Positions 26,609-42,719 of a DNA stretch of 64,000 nt are shown piece by piece. This DNA comes from Euglena gracilis. Taxonomy: Eukaryota. Made by a program: the position numbers and the translations under genes. Below the pieces are notes generated by a model that worked only from the letters and a program-made list of their open reading frames with translations, was not told the DNA's origin and ran no database searches. The stretch's first letter is position 1. Each line of letters begins with the position of its first letter. The DNA is taken from NCBI GenBank assembly GCA_039621445.1, contig CP154954.1:496001-560000 (forward strand), read 5' to 3'.

Positions 26609-28051
26609 ATGGCTCGTCAGAAATTTGAAAGAACTAAGCCACATATTAACATAGGCACAATTGGACATGTTGACCATGGAAAAACTACTTTAACAGCGGC
26701 AATAACTATGGCTCTAGCTGCAACAGGAAATTCAAAAGCCAAAAGATATGAAGATATTGATTCAGCTCCAGAAGAAAAAGCCCGAGGAATAACTATAAAT
26801 ACAGCACATGTAGAATATGAAACAAAAAATCGACATTATGCACATGTAGATTGCCCAGGGCATGCGGATTATGTAAAAAATATGATAACAGGAGCTGCTC
26901 AAATGGATGGAGCGATACTAGTCGTTTCGGCGGCGGATGGACCAATGCCACAAACTAAAGAACATATTCTTTTAGCAAAACAAGTAGGAGTACCTAACAT
27001 CGTTGTTTTTTTAAATAAAGAAGACCAAGTAGAATAAGCTTAAAAATTAAAAACCTTCACTAAAAGAGAAACTTAAAAAACATATAAAAAATAAAATTAA
27101 TTTTAAAATTAAATGAAGAAAATATTCCATCAAAAACGATAGTGAACTATTAGAATTAGTTGAATTAGAAATTCGAGAAACTCTAAGTAATTACGAGTTT
27201 CCAGGAGACGATATTCCTGTTATACCTGGATCAGCCCTATTATCTGTTGAAGCATTAACAAAAAATCCTAAAATTACTAAAGGAGAAAACAAGTGGGTGG
27301 ATAAAATATTAAACTTAATGGATCAAGTAGATTCTTATATACCTACACCTACAAGAGATACAGAAAAAGATTTCCTTATGGCTATTGAAGACGTTTTATC
27401 AATTACAGGAAGAGGAACTGTAGCAACAGGACGTGTGGAACGTGGAACAATAAAAGTAGGTGAGACAGTAGAACTTGTAGGATTAAAAGACACACGTTCC
27501 ACAACAATAACAGGACTAGAAATGTTTCAAAAAAGTTTAGATGAAGCTCTTGCAGGAGACAACGTTGGAGTTTTATTAAGAGGTATACAAAAAAATGATG
27601 TTGAACGAGGAATGGTATTAGCAAAACCAAGAACAATAAATCCACATACAAAATTTGATTCCCAAGTATACATTCTTACTAAAGAAGAGGGGGGAAGACA
27701 TACACCTTTTTTTGAAGGATATAGACCACAGTTTTATGTACGTACAACAGATGTAACTGGAAAAATCGAATCATTTAGATCAGACAATGATAATCCTGCG
27801 CAAATGGTAATGCCTGGGGATAGAATAAAAATGAAAGTAGAATTAATACAACCCATTGCAATAGAAGTGTCGTTTAATAAAATAAAATAAAATAAAATAA
27901 AATAAAATAAAATAAAATAAAATAAAATAAAATAAAAACTTTCGTTTAAATTATATCAAATAAAACATATTGGAAAAAAGGTATGAGATTTGCAATTAGA
28001 GAAGGTGGTAGAACTGTGGGTGCCGGCGTTGTTTTATCAATAATACAATAA
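26609..28051 (+). CDS. tufA: EF-Tu (copy 2)
   Basis: Exons 26609-27033, 27137-27866, 27977-28051. Introns of 103 and 110 nt (group III size). Confidence 0.98.
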
Positions 28052-28058
28052 TTAATTT

Positions 28059-28977
28059 ATGAATCTAAGAGATATAAATAATATGACACTTTCAAAAAAT
28101 GAAAATATAAAAGCAAAACAAAAACAAATAAACCTCCCAAAAATATTGCGTCAAGAAATAAAAGAAAATAATAAAATAATAAAATGGTTTTATAATATTG
28201 TAATGTTATTAGGAGGAATCGGATTTTTAATAGTAGGAATATCAAGTTATATAGGAAATAATCTAATATATTTTTTAGACGCAAGCGAAATAATATTTTT
28301 TCCTCAAGGAATAACAATGTGTTTTTATGGTACTTGCGGAATTTTATTTAGTATAAATCAAATAAGTATAATTTTAAACGGAGTTGGCGAAGGTTATAAC
28401 GAATTCAACAAAGAGTTAAATTTAATGACAATTTACCGAAAGGGTAAACAAGGAAAAAATTCTGATATAAATATAACGTATTCACTTAAAGACATAGTAA
28501 AAGAATGAGATAACTGCAATTAATATACGTCTCAATAAAATATATAAGTAATTAACTAAAAAAATATAATTATAAATATAAACCAAGAATCAAAAGTATT
28601 ACAAACATTTTAATATGTCAAAAATAGAATAAAAAATAAATCATTAAAATATAAAATTTAATAAAAAATAAAAATATTATTGCATAATCATTAAACTTAA
28701 AAATTCGAAAAGAAAATTTAAAAAGAGTCAAAAAAACGAGCTGTCTGCAAAAAGCACATACAGTTCAAAAAAAAGTTTAAAAAATTATTTTAATGAAGGA
28801 ATTAGAATTGAAATAAAAAATGAGTACTTTAATGTAAAACAAAATGTTTTTTTGCGTATTAAAGATAAAAATGATCTTCCAATAATACAATTATCAAATC
28901 CAATAAAAATAAGTGATTTAGAAAAACAAGCAAGTGAAATAGCATCATTTTTAAATGTGCCAATAAAAGGGTATTAA
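28059..28977 (+). CDS. ycf4: Ycf4 (copy 2)
   Basis: Exons ~28059-28496 and ~28795-28977. Intron has a domain V-like hairpin GAGCTGTCTGCAAAAAGCACATACAGTTC. Confidence 0.93.
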
Positions 28978-29040
28978 AAAGTTGAAAACTAAAAATTCGA
29001 TAGTTTTCAACTAAAATTCTTTATACATAAATACAAAGTT

Positions 29041-29112
29041 TGAGGCGTAGCCAAGTGGTAAGGCAACGGGTTTTGGCCCTGTCATTCGGAGGTTCGAATC
29101 CTCCCGCCTCAG
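29041..29112 (+). tRNA. trnQ: tRNA-Gln(UUG) (copy 2)
   Basis: Cloverleaf with anticodon TTG. Confidence 0.95.
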
Positions 29113-29126
29113 GAAAATAAAATATT

Positions 29127-29212
29127 GGAGAAGTGTCTGAGTGGTCGAAAGAGCTCGATTGCTAATCGAGTGTGTCTAATAAACACCGAGGGTTCAAATC
29201 CCTTCTTCTCCT
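29127..29212 (+). tRNA. trnS: tRNA-Ser(GCU) (copy 2)
   Basis: Cloverleaf with anticodon GCT and long variable arm. Confidence 0.95.
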
Positions 29213-29387
29213 TTTTTATTAAGAACTCTTTGAATCTATAAATATATCTGCAAAATGAAATATTTTACACAATGATTTTAATTTTAAATATGAACAAACA
29301 GTAAATTAATAAAATACTAAGAAAGTATTATATTAAAAATAAAGAAATTTATAAAATTTATTTATTTGAAATATGCAAAAATTGATG

Positions 29388-29461
29388 TAGCGGAGAAAGG
29401 ATTTGAACCTCTGACTTCAGGATTATGAGCCCTGCGAGCTACCTGACTGCTCTACTCCGCC
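29388..29461 (-). tRNA. trnfM: tRNA-Met(CAU), probably initiator
   Basis: Reverse complement GGCGGAGTAGAGCAGTCAGGTAGCTCGCAGGGCTCATAATCCTG, typical of initiator tRNA. Confidence 0.9.
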
Positions 29462-29473
29462 CTAAAATCTATA

Positions 29474-29545
29474 AGCAGATAATGGGACTCGAACCCATGG
29501 CATCAACCTTGGCAAGGTTGCGCTCTACCACTGAGCTACATCTGC
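29474..29545 (-). tRNA. trnG: tRNA-Gly(GCC)
   Basis: Reverse complement GCAGATGTAGCTCAGTGGTAGAGCGCAACCTTGCCAAGGTTG. Confidence 0.95.
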
Positions 29546-29550
29546 ACACA

Positions 29551-29622
29551 AGCCTTTTGTCGGATTCGAACCGACGACCACCGCATTACAAATACAATGC
29601 TCTACCACTGAGCTAAAAAGGC
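29551..29622 (-). tRNA. trnT: tRNA-Thr(UGU)
   Basis: Reverse complement GCCTTTTTAGCTCAGTGGTAGAGCATTGTATTTGTAATGCGG. Confidence 0.93.
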
Positions 29623-29717
29623 ATCATTATTAATATAATAATGATAGGAACTTAATTTTACTCATTATAATTATTTTGTCAAAACAACAAACTCAAAAAT
29701 AAATATGGGAAAATAAA

Positions 29718-30191
29718 ATGTCTTTTATAACTTTAAACAATTTTTTTAACTTGCGATTAAAAAGAACTAACATAAGAACTCTAAAAACAAAAAAATTAAA
29801 AAATAAAATAATAATAATTTTGCTTTAAAATTCAGGAAAAACATTAAATCCGACCACTAACACTTTTTTTGGCTTATTACCAGAACAATATGCTCCATTC
29901 GACCCACTAATTGATGTTGAGATTAAAAAAAAATAAAAAATAAAAGTAAAAATGAAATAAAAGTGAGAATAAAATAAAAAATATTACAGTAAAAATATAA
30001 ATGTCTAAAAAAATAAACTCTAAAATAAACGAATTAATACAATCTAAAGTAAAAAAATTTTTTTATTTTATTTCCAAATATAAAAATTTATCTTGATTAA
30101 GAAAAAGTTCCTATTTGTAATCCTTCCTATTATACCTGTTTTATTCTTTCTACTAGCATTTGTATGGCAGGCTTCAGTAAAATTTAGATAA
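29718..30191 (+). CDS. psbK: Photosystem II protein K, 3 exons
   Basis: Exons ~29718-29750, 29856-29916, 30121-30191 give ...[36 protein letters not shown]. Introns 105 nt (TTGCG) and 204 nt (TTGAG). Confidence 0.93.
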
Positions 30192-30238
30192 TTAAAAAGA
30201 AAATTAAGTAAAAAATATAAATTATTAAAAATAAAAAC

Positions 30239-30447
30239 ATGAATTCAGATGAGAAAAATATCGTAGAAAATACTGTAATAGTTTAGGACAATACTTTAAA
30301 ATACATAAATATTTAAAATAATATTATTAATATAAGATTAATGATAAATCTAAAAAACTTTTGATACAATTAGGATCGTTAACTTTAATAACTTTAACTG
30401 GACCACTAATTATAGGAATAATTTTCATTCGTAAAGGAAATTTATAA
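30239..30447 (+). CDS. ycf12: Ycf12/Psb30, 2 exons
   Basis: Exons 30239-30248 and 30356-30447 give MNSELLIQLGSLTLITLTGPLIIGIIFIRKGNL*. 107 nt group III intron starting ATGAG. Confidence 0.9.
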
Positions 30448-30476
30448 TTTTATCTAATAGCACCTAAAAATTTTAA

Positions 30477-30605
<129 letters not shown>

Positions 30606-30660
30606 AAAGTATAAATTTATTATTAGTAATAAATTTATCTAAAAAACTAAAATATATATA

Positions 30661-30732
30661 GTCACAGTCGCCTAATGGACGGGCATCAACCTTCTAAGTT
30701 GTTTTGTGTAGGTTCGAATCCTATCTGTGACA
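30661..30732 (+). tRNA. trnR: tRNA-Arg(UCU)
   Basis: GTCACAGTCGCCTAATGGACGGGCATCAACCTTCTAAGTTG...GGTTCGAATCCTATCTGTGACA. Confidence 0.93.
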
Positions 30733-32668
30733 ATCCGAAAAAAAAATAAGATAATATTTAGATCAAGTAGTTCCTTAAAATTCTGGAATAATTTACATTT
30801 ATGAAACTTCTACAAAAAAAATAAATGACCTTAAAATATAAAACAAGAGAGTAAGAAAAAAGCTAATTAAAAAATAATTTACATTTAGAAACATTTAGAA
30901 AATCTTCCCTAACGTATCTTCTTTTTCTTTAAACAAACATAAAAACTAAAACAAAATTTTTAGCTGAACACATAATAATTTCATTATTAAAAGTAAATTT
31001 TAATAAAAATCTTTATTTACCTCAAATAATGGAATGATTTCAACTTTAACAAAATTTGTAGTTTTGTAGTAAATTATTTACGCGTTAAACATTCTTTAAA
31101 AGGGAATATACAAAAAAAATGATATCGGTTTTATATGTTTTCTAATTTACATACTATAAAAATTTTAATGTAACGTTTTGTTAAATGTTATATTTTATTG
31201 TAATAAATTTGGGAAAATTAATTAACTTTTTAGACACCCTAAGATAATAACATATGTTCAAAAAATTCTATTTCGTTTGTTCTTTCGTAAAAAAAACTTC
31301 TAATTCTTCTAATTATGGTACTTCGTATTTCAATAAATCCTCTCTTATTTGCCATTTATCTCTTGATTTTTCCGAAAATTTAGAAAAATATTGATTGCCA
31401 TAGGATGAATTCTTTTTTGGACACTTCTCTACGTTATTGTTATTCCAAATTCTAAGATCAGGGTTTTAACAGAATTAATTTCACGTAATTCAAGTTTAAA
31501 TCAAAAGCCACTGGATGAACTACAGAAAATTAACTAGGATCTTCCAGAAATTCAAGAAAAGTATGTATACCAAGCTCCTATTGGTAAAAAAGGCAAGCAT
31601 TAAAAAAAGTTATTAATATCGCTACAAACGTAAATCCAGAAGCATTAAGTGAAATCATAAAAAAGAATACTTGGAAAAATTATCTAAAGTAGTTTCCTTC
31701 AATATTAAAATACCGATCCAAGAATTGTAATTTTTACATTTAGTTTCATAGTAAGTTGTGTTATTTGTTGGAGTTCATGGACATTCGCTGTACTAGGACT
31801 GAGTATTAGAGTTTTAATAAGTTTTTAATGGAAGTACAACATGCATAAATTTTATTTGTTACAAAACTAAAAGATGTTAAAAAATATAGATGCTCTTACG
31901 AATACTGCATTTTATATTCTTTTAAACTTCAATTTTAATAACTATCAAATTGCTCAAAAAATAAATGAGATTATTTAGATTGTGAGATATGAATCTATTA
32001 AATTCAATCAAATACTTGAATTGTGTAACAACACACTACAAACATTAGTTAAGTCAGTTGAATAGATTAGAGTTCGTCCATTAAACTTCTAATTTTAAGA
32101 GTTTTTATTAAATATTTTATTTTAAAAATCTACTTAAAAACTAATTGACAAAATATTTTTTGAAATCTAAAAAAATTACTAAATTTAAGATCAATAATAA
32201 AATAACTTAAATTAATTAAGTTAATTGTTAAATATTTATTTGTATAATAAGAATTTTTATCAAAGAAATTCTTCTGACTACTGTTTTTTATGAATTTTAT
32301 TTCATATATGTTTTATATCAACAAAGTAAATAAAAATAAACCATAACAATTTTTGAGGGTAATTTCTAATATCATCAATCTTGATACGAATTCATTTTAA
32401 AAGAAATTAAAAAAACTGAAGTAGTAAAAAATATAAAATAAGAAAAAAATTATGTACTTCAATTGGTTAAATATTTTTAAAATCGAAAGAAATTTAATAT
32501 AATTTTCAAAAAAAGAAAAACAATCTAAAAAAAAGCTTTTTACCAAATAATTCGATTTTTATTATTAAAAACGTTACATTATTTAATTAAAAATCTACTT
32601 ACTAAAAAATAATTAACAAAACAAAAAATATACTTGTTAGTAAAAAAGATAAAAACAAGCATATAAAA

Positions 32669-35636
<2,968 letters not shown>

Positions 35637-35722
35637 CAATAAATTAATTAAATTAATCTCCCAGTCGCAAACGCGACTGTTGATAAAATTATAACATAAA
35701 AAATTAAATATTTTATTATATA

Positions 35723-35804
35723 TACCTTCGACCGGAGTTGAACCGGTACGCTTTATAAGCACATGATTTTAAGTCATGAGTGTCTACCATTTCACCACGA
35801 AGGC
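35723..35804 (-). tRNA. trnL: tRNA-Leu(UAA), intronless (copy 1)
   Basis: Reverse complement GCCTTCGTGGTGAAATGGTAGACACTCATGACTTAAAATCATG. Confidence 0.94.
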
Positions 35805-35862
35805 ATTTAAAACACACAAATTAAATATAAATTATTTTTAACTTATATTTAAATTACAAAAT

Positions 35863-38800
35863 TTAATCCAAAGGCTTCAATTTACGAGCAATTTCACGAG
35901 AACGATCAATTCCTTTTTCAAAACCAATAGCAGCCGCACGAGCTCTACCGGCATGCCATAAATGACCAACAAAAAAGAAGAAAGCTAAAACAAAATGAGA
36001 TGTTGCCAACCAACTTCTAGGATTAACGAAATTTACAGCATTAATCTCTGTAGCAACACCTCCAACAGAATTTAAAGACCCTAAAGGAGCATGCGTCATA
36101 TATTCTGCTGCTCTACGTTCTTGCCAAGGCTGAACATCATTTTTTAACTTATTTAAATCTAAACCATTAGGACCACGCAAAGGCTCTAACCAAGGACCAC
36201 GAAAATCCCAAAAACATAAAGTAGTTTTTCCAAAAATAAAAATTATAAAGAAAATACCCATTTACAAAATGTAAAAAACGATTTACGTTATACAGCTTTT
36301 TTAATATTTCCAAAAAAAATTTTCCTGAACAAAACACAAAATGAATAATTTCAACTTAATTTTCATCTTATTAAAGTAAATAAAAATTTAAAACTAAAAT
36401 AATTCAAGAATTATCAACCTTAAAAGAAAAATTATAAATTATATGTTTACTCCCATTTTTATTAAAAAGATCGATTTAACATTATTATTCAATGAAAAAA
36501 TTTTAATAATTAAAAATCTCCAAACCACGCTTATATTACAAAAAAAATAACAAACAAAGTGAAAACGTTATTAAACTTATAAAAAAACAACAATTAAAAA
36601 ATAAAGTATATTTACATTAACATATATCAATATCACACGCATAGTTTCACCACCAAAAATGATTTCGCCAGTAGGAGACTTCATTAAATAATTAAACTAG
36701 AGAAAAACCTGTTAACAAACATTGCAAGACTCAAAGAAGTCAAAATGCTTTGAAAAAAACTATTAATAAAAATCAAACTAATTTTTTGTTATAAAGTTTG
36801 AATAAAACTAAAACAATATAAAAAACTGATCAATTTTATAAAAAAAAATAATTACTATTTCAAAATCAATTAAGATTTTAAAAATAAAAATTTTATCATC
36901 ATACATCCTAATATATTTTTAGCAAAACTTTGAATAAAATTTCAAAAAATTAAATACGATTGCTATAAAAACATCAAACATTTTAAACAACGCACTTTAC
37001 CTAATCCCGTTGGACCTTGTGCAGAAGCTATGTTTGTACCTAAACGTTGGTCACGAATCAAAAATGTAAAAGCTTGAGCTTGAGATGCTTCAGGGCCTGT
37101 TGGACCATAAAATTCACTAGGATATACGGTATTATTAAACCACACCATTGGCACAGCTATAAATCCCATTGTAGCAACAGCACCAAGACTATAGGACAAA
37201 TAAGCTTCACCAGACCAAACGAAAGTACGAACAACCCATGGCGATGGTCTAGAACAAATATGCCAAAATCCTCCTGAAACTAAAAGAATTCCAATCCAAA
37301 TATGGCCACCAATAACATCTTCCATACTGTCAACACTAACGATTCCTAGTAGAAAATACAGTAATGTGATTCCCTAAAAAAATCGTGCATGCATTTTTCA
37401 ATGCACACGACTTACAAAATATTATTATAAAATATGTTTAAAATAATTTTTAATAATCTTGAACAATTAAAATAAATTATTTTTTATTTAAATAATTGAA
37501 TTTTTAATTCAAAAATAAAATTTGAAAGTTTTCAGAATCGTAAAAATAAAAGTTACAATTATTCTAACTTTGTTTTTTGTGAAGATTCACAAATCTTAAA
37601 ATATCAAATTAGCAATAAAAAATAAAATAAAATGATTTATTATAAAAATATAAAATTCATAATGCTAAATTTTTGTTATTTCCATACTTTTATTTTAATT
37701 ATAAAAATGTAAGTTCAAAAAAAAGGCCTAACTTAAAATTGTAAGTAATATTTATTAGAAAGAAGAAAATAAACAAAATTAAAAAATTTTATATACAAGG
37801 CCCTTAAATTTCCACTTAATTTATAAACCTAAAAATTAAAAATAAAAATTAATTATTTATTAAGTGCTTCATTTTACTAGAATGTCCCGAAACAAAGTAA
37901 TATGCTTAATATTAGAATAATAAAAGTTAAAAACTCAAAAAATATGGACTTTTACAAATCGCAACCATCCTTCACCACCAAAAGGAGATTTTACAAGATA
38001 GCCAAATATAATAAAAGGATTTAATGTTGGATTTGTTATTGAACGAACATCACCACCACCGGGTTAAAGTAGACAGTCCTACTAATACTAGTAGGACTAG
38101 TCTCTTATTCAAAACCAAATATGAAATTTTCAAATCTTATGGCTATTAAATTATAAAATGTAAGTAGTTTTATTCCCAAATAATAAAAAATATTACCTAA
38201 AACTTACAATAAATATAAAGACGATTATTCTTAAATTTAATTCATCCTGATAAAAATCTTTAAAACTTATAAAATAAATTATTAAAAACTAAAAAAATTA
38301 ATTAAATTAGTTACCTAACCCTCCTAGTAAAAATATAAACTATACTTCGTTTTTTTGTTTTTTTTAAGACTTTTTAAAATTTTTTCTACATTTAAGCCAA
38401 AATACAAATATAATGTTTCAATATAATAAGATTCGACCATATTACAAAATCATAATGTACTTATTAATTTACATTTAAGTTAACAAAACAATTAAATACA
38501 AATAAAATGAATAACCAAAACTTAGCTAGCCTATTTAACAAAATTTTTATTTCTCAAATTTTGAGAAATAAAAAATGAAATCCTAAAATAATTAATAACT
38601 ATTAACAATTAATAAATATCTTTCTAACTCTATTTTACAAAAAACTATAGAAATCAGCCTATAAAAACAAAAATTTTCATAAAATTTAAAATATTATAAC
38701 AATTATACTAACACAAATTTACGAATCGCACGACACCAAGTATCATAAACACCGCCACCATACATAGCTTTCCAAGCAAGTAAAAGTGCACCTAAACCTA

Positions 38801-41800
38801 AATAGGATAGAACAAAAGATATAAACAAATAAGTCTTCCTTTAAACACAACAAAAATTATTTTATTTATTATGCTCAAATTACTGATGTAAAAAATAATT
38901 AAAATAATTTTTCTTTAAATTAAAGAAAAGCAAAAAAACAAAATGCAATTTTAATCCAAAAGGTAATTTTATCAAATAAAGATCACTATAATTCAATTAT
39001 CTTGCTTTTTGAAATATCAAAAAACTTTCAATAATGCATAAAAAAATAATTAATTAGAATTAAAAAATTTTTATAGTTAAACGTAGCTTTAAAATTCTTT
39101 TAATAGTATTATTCTTTAATTATTTTTATTTAATATACTTATTGTTAAATAAAAAACAAGCAACAAACCGTTAAAATTTAAATTTATAAAAAATAAATAC
39201 TTTAAAACCATCATAAAATTAATTGTTATATTAAAATTTTTACCTGCACAAAGCATAAATGAATACCTAAAATTGCAGCTAATTTTTTCTTACGTTTCCA
39301 TGTATATCCAAAGAAGCGAAAAGACTCTTCTAAAGTGTCAGGACCTGCTAAAGAATATCGAATAGACTTTTTTTACCATTACAAAAAAGCCGTTCATAAA
39401 GCCAAGCATGCCTTTTTCAATACACAAGGCTTTAATAAAAATAAAACTTAATAAAAAATTTTTTATTTTTTGCTCTTTTTAAATATTAGTTTATTAAAAC
39501 TCGAAAAACTGTGCATTTTTGTATTAAAAAATTAAATACTTTATTTAATATATATAATCGAGAGCAAACTTCTTTTGCAAAATTTGAGAAAATTAATTGC
39601 TTACACGTTCACAATATTGTAAAATGAAATTTTTCTAGTAAGTAAATAAAGGATAATTTTGAGCTTAAAAATAAAATGCAAGATTAAATATATCGATTTA
39701 GCCTTTTTATAAAAGCTTTAATTAGAATAATAGTGTCTCCTATCACAAACTTGTCAAAACTTATCTAAACTAAAAATAAAAGACTTATCTTTCATTTTTA
39801 AAAGAACTGCTATTTAATACATCTTTTTTAAACATCTTTTAGAGTGACAAATGATTTGTCATATTAGTAACTAATATAAATAAATACAATATAATGCGAT
39901 TTAAAAAATTAGAAAAACATCCAAAATATAAAATTACGTGCCGCACGAAATACACCACCAAAACCTAAAACAGCAGAAGAAATAAGATGAAGAACACCAC
40001 ATACGAAAAAAGGATAAGTATCCAAAACAATTCCATCAAAACCAACGCCAAAACCTAAAGTAGCTAAGTGAGGCAATAATATCAATCCTTGTTCATACAT
40101 AGGTTTTTGTGGAACAAAATGAGCTACTTCAAATAAATTCATAGCGCCAGCCCAAAAAACTATTAAACCAGCGTGAGCTACATGAGCTTAATTTAGTAAA
40201 TAATCACTAATTTAATTAAACTACTAACAAATTATAAATAAAAATTTTTTAATTTTTATTTAATTTATAAAGGCTAAAAAATTTACCTAAGAACAAAACT
40301 TAAAAAGAAAATAAAATTTCATGAAAAAACTAGATACATTTCATTCCACAATGAACACAAAAATATAAATTGATTTTGTTAAAAAAATTAATGGATTCAG
40401 ATAAAAAAGTCAAGTGACCAAAAGAAAAACAATTTAAAATATGAAAGTTATATTTTTTTGATACAGTATTGAACGATTCAGAAACTAAAAAAGATTTAAA
40501 TAATAATCGTTTAGAAGAATAAAAATCTTGTTTAGATTCTGAATTAAAAGCAGAGAAAGCGTGTTTTTTTACAAAAAAAAGTGAATATGATAAACTTCTT
40601 AAATCCGAATATTTGTGATACTCTCTCCAATTCTTTATTACTGGATATAACTTAGAGGCTTTAACGACAGAACCATAATTTGAATTGTTAACTATTCTTT
40701 TAACTCGATTAAGGAAAAATTGATAATTATTAAGGCTAGGAATTGCAGAAATACCATTTTTAACTTTTTCCGAAAATTTAAAATGCCAACCTAAAAAATC
40801 AAAACCCTTAGTGTTGGATACAAGTAAAAATTTAGAAGAATTCTTTTTTATACCTCGCGTATAAAGTAAAGAGAGAATTTGATTTGCAAGTATTTTTTCA
40901 TTATCCATGGGTCGTAAAAAAAATAACATATAATAACCATAGCGCACACAATTATGAACGTTTTCAACTCCATTTAACATAACGTTTAATAACAAAGAAC
41001 TAAAAGTCGAAATTTGACACTCATTTTCTGGAAAGTGCAAATTGAAACCTAATTCCAACAAACGAAAAATCCCTAATTTAATATTTCTCGGAGCAATTAA
41101 TTTTTTCATCAAATAATCATAATTAAAAATAGAAAAATTACAATTTAACTCAACTTTTAAAATTCTTTTTTTACTACCAAACGAAATATTTGATAAATTA
41201 AGCAAAATAGCTTGCTGAACCTTATAAATAGGAACATTATAACGAAAACCAAAATTAAATGGATGAAAAAAAGCTTCATGAACAGGTTCAAGGGCAAATT
41301 TAATCAAAACTTGCCAGGAACGATCCGAAATAGTCGAAATTGTATCTGAGATTAAATTTTCATTTAAATCGAAAACACATCTTTTCCTTAAAGATTGAGG
41401 CTTCCAATTATTCCAATTTTTTCTTAAATATTCGTTTAATTCAAATCTTTCCAAAAAATTTAAAGTAGTTTTTCCATCAACTCCTGAAATTTTTTTATTG
41501 AAACTCAATTGTGTTACTTCGCGAATAGCTAACAATCTTGCACAATTAGATTGAAAAATAAGTTTTTGAAGCTCATATAAATTTTTCTTATCATGAATAT
41601 AAGAAACTTTAAATAAACGCCTTTGAACTTTAAATAATAAACGAACAGATTTTTCCCAAGAAAAATTTTGATAAAAAGAAACTTGAAAAATTTCATAAAA
41701 AATCATAAAAGAAAATAACAACAAAAATATAAAAACAAAAACTTTAAATCATAAAAAACCACCCCCACAAAAATTAGAATTCAAAACACACCACCCAAAA

Positions 41801-42559
41801 GTTTACCTGATACATTTATAAGTCTAGCATTACCTGATTAAGATAGAAAAAATTAAAATTCTAAAGTTTCCCTCCAAAACACTTTACGTGAAAATTTTAT
41901 TTCATAAAGCGTATAAAATTAAATTTAACTTAACAATAGTTTTTACAAAAATAATTCTATGAGGATAATTCCTAAATAAAATTTACGAACTTTTACGGTA
42001 CAATACCTCACCTTATTGCAAATTTTCTTAAATGTTTTTTGTCAAAACAGAAAATTTACAATTTTTTACGTTTCATACATTTTTTAATTAAAAATTTTTA
42101 GGTCCAAAAATCTACTTAATAAAACAAAATTGATAAAAGACTAAACCAAGTAAAAAATATGTGATAATAAAAAATTTTTTACAAATGCCCAATTATAAAA
42201 TTCAAATCTTAAAAATAAAAAGTTTTCATTAATATGTTCGAAAAAGTATAAAACTTTTACTAACCTTTTAATTATTAAATATTTTATTTTAAATAAAAAT
42301 AAAATTTACTTTTGCAAAAAACTTTTATTATTAGAAAATATTAAAGTTTAAATGTAAGCTTTTTTAAACAAAATTTGCGTTTTGTAAAAAATACATTGCA
42401 AATACAAATATATTGATTACAATACCAAAAATTAAAGCTCAAAAATGTAAAATTAATCTTTAATCCATAAAAGACTTACTTTCAATACATTAAAAATAAA
42501 ACGTTTCGCACCCCACCAAGCAAATCCAGTTGATTCCTGATCACGACCACCTACAGTTA
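35863..42559 (-). CDS. psbC: PSII CP43, last 9 exons; 5' end lost at the fold-back (copy 1)
   Basis: Mirror of 44686-51383. Confidence 0.97.
40330..41706 (-). CDS. ycf13: Intron-encoded maturase Ycf13/Mat1, 458 aa (copy 1)
   Basis: RT-like motifs SGVDG, EPVHEA, FGFR, GFDFLGW. Lies inside the 1605 nt psbC intron. Confidence 0.92.
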   Translation of the reverse strand: MIFYEIFQVSFYQNFSWEKSVRLLFKVQRRLFKVSYIHDKKNLYELQKLIFQSNCARLLAIREVTQLSFNKKISGVDGKTTLNFLERFELNEYLRKNWNNWKPQSLRKRCVFDLNENLISDTISTISDRSWQVLIKFALEPVHEAFFHPFNFGFRYNVPIYKVQQAILLNLSNISFGSKKRILKVELNCNFSIFNYDYLMKKLIAPRNIKLGIFRLLELGFNLHFPENECQISTFSSLLLNVMLNGVENVHNCVRYGYYMLFFLRPMDNEKILANQILSLLYTRGIKKNSSKFLLVSNTKGFDFLGWHFKFSEKVKNGISAIPSLNNYQFFLNRVKRIVNNSNYGSVVKASKLYPVIKNWREYHKYSDLRSLSYSLFFVKKHAFSAFNSESKQDFYSSKRLLFKSFLVSESFNTVSKKYNFHILNCFSFGHLTFLSESINFFNKINLYFCVHCGMKCI

Positions 42560-42719
42560 GTTAAATCGAAAATCCGTTTTCCAAACTATACTTGCACAAA
42601 TAATTCATTGCACATACAGCTTTCTGACTGACAAAAAACAATTAAACACTACAAAATTAAAATTCTAATTATTCAAGATTCCTATATTTGTTTAACAATC
42701 AACAACGATATATTAAGAA

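Noticed and set aside
29425-29616. 63 aa ORF
   Set aside because: Antisense to the trnfM-trnG-trnT cluster.
35637-35762. N-terminal extension of D1 in the 122 aa ORF
   Set aside because: Runs through trnL and the leader; the true ATG is at 35636.
40330-41724. Novel retron, DGR or other RT system
   Set aside because: Position, length and motifs match the known maturase Ycf13; no template/variable repeat pair or msr-msd seen.
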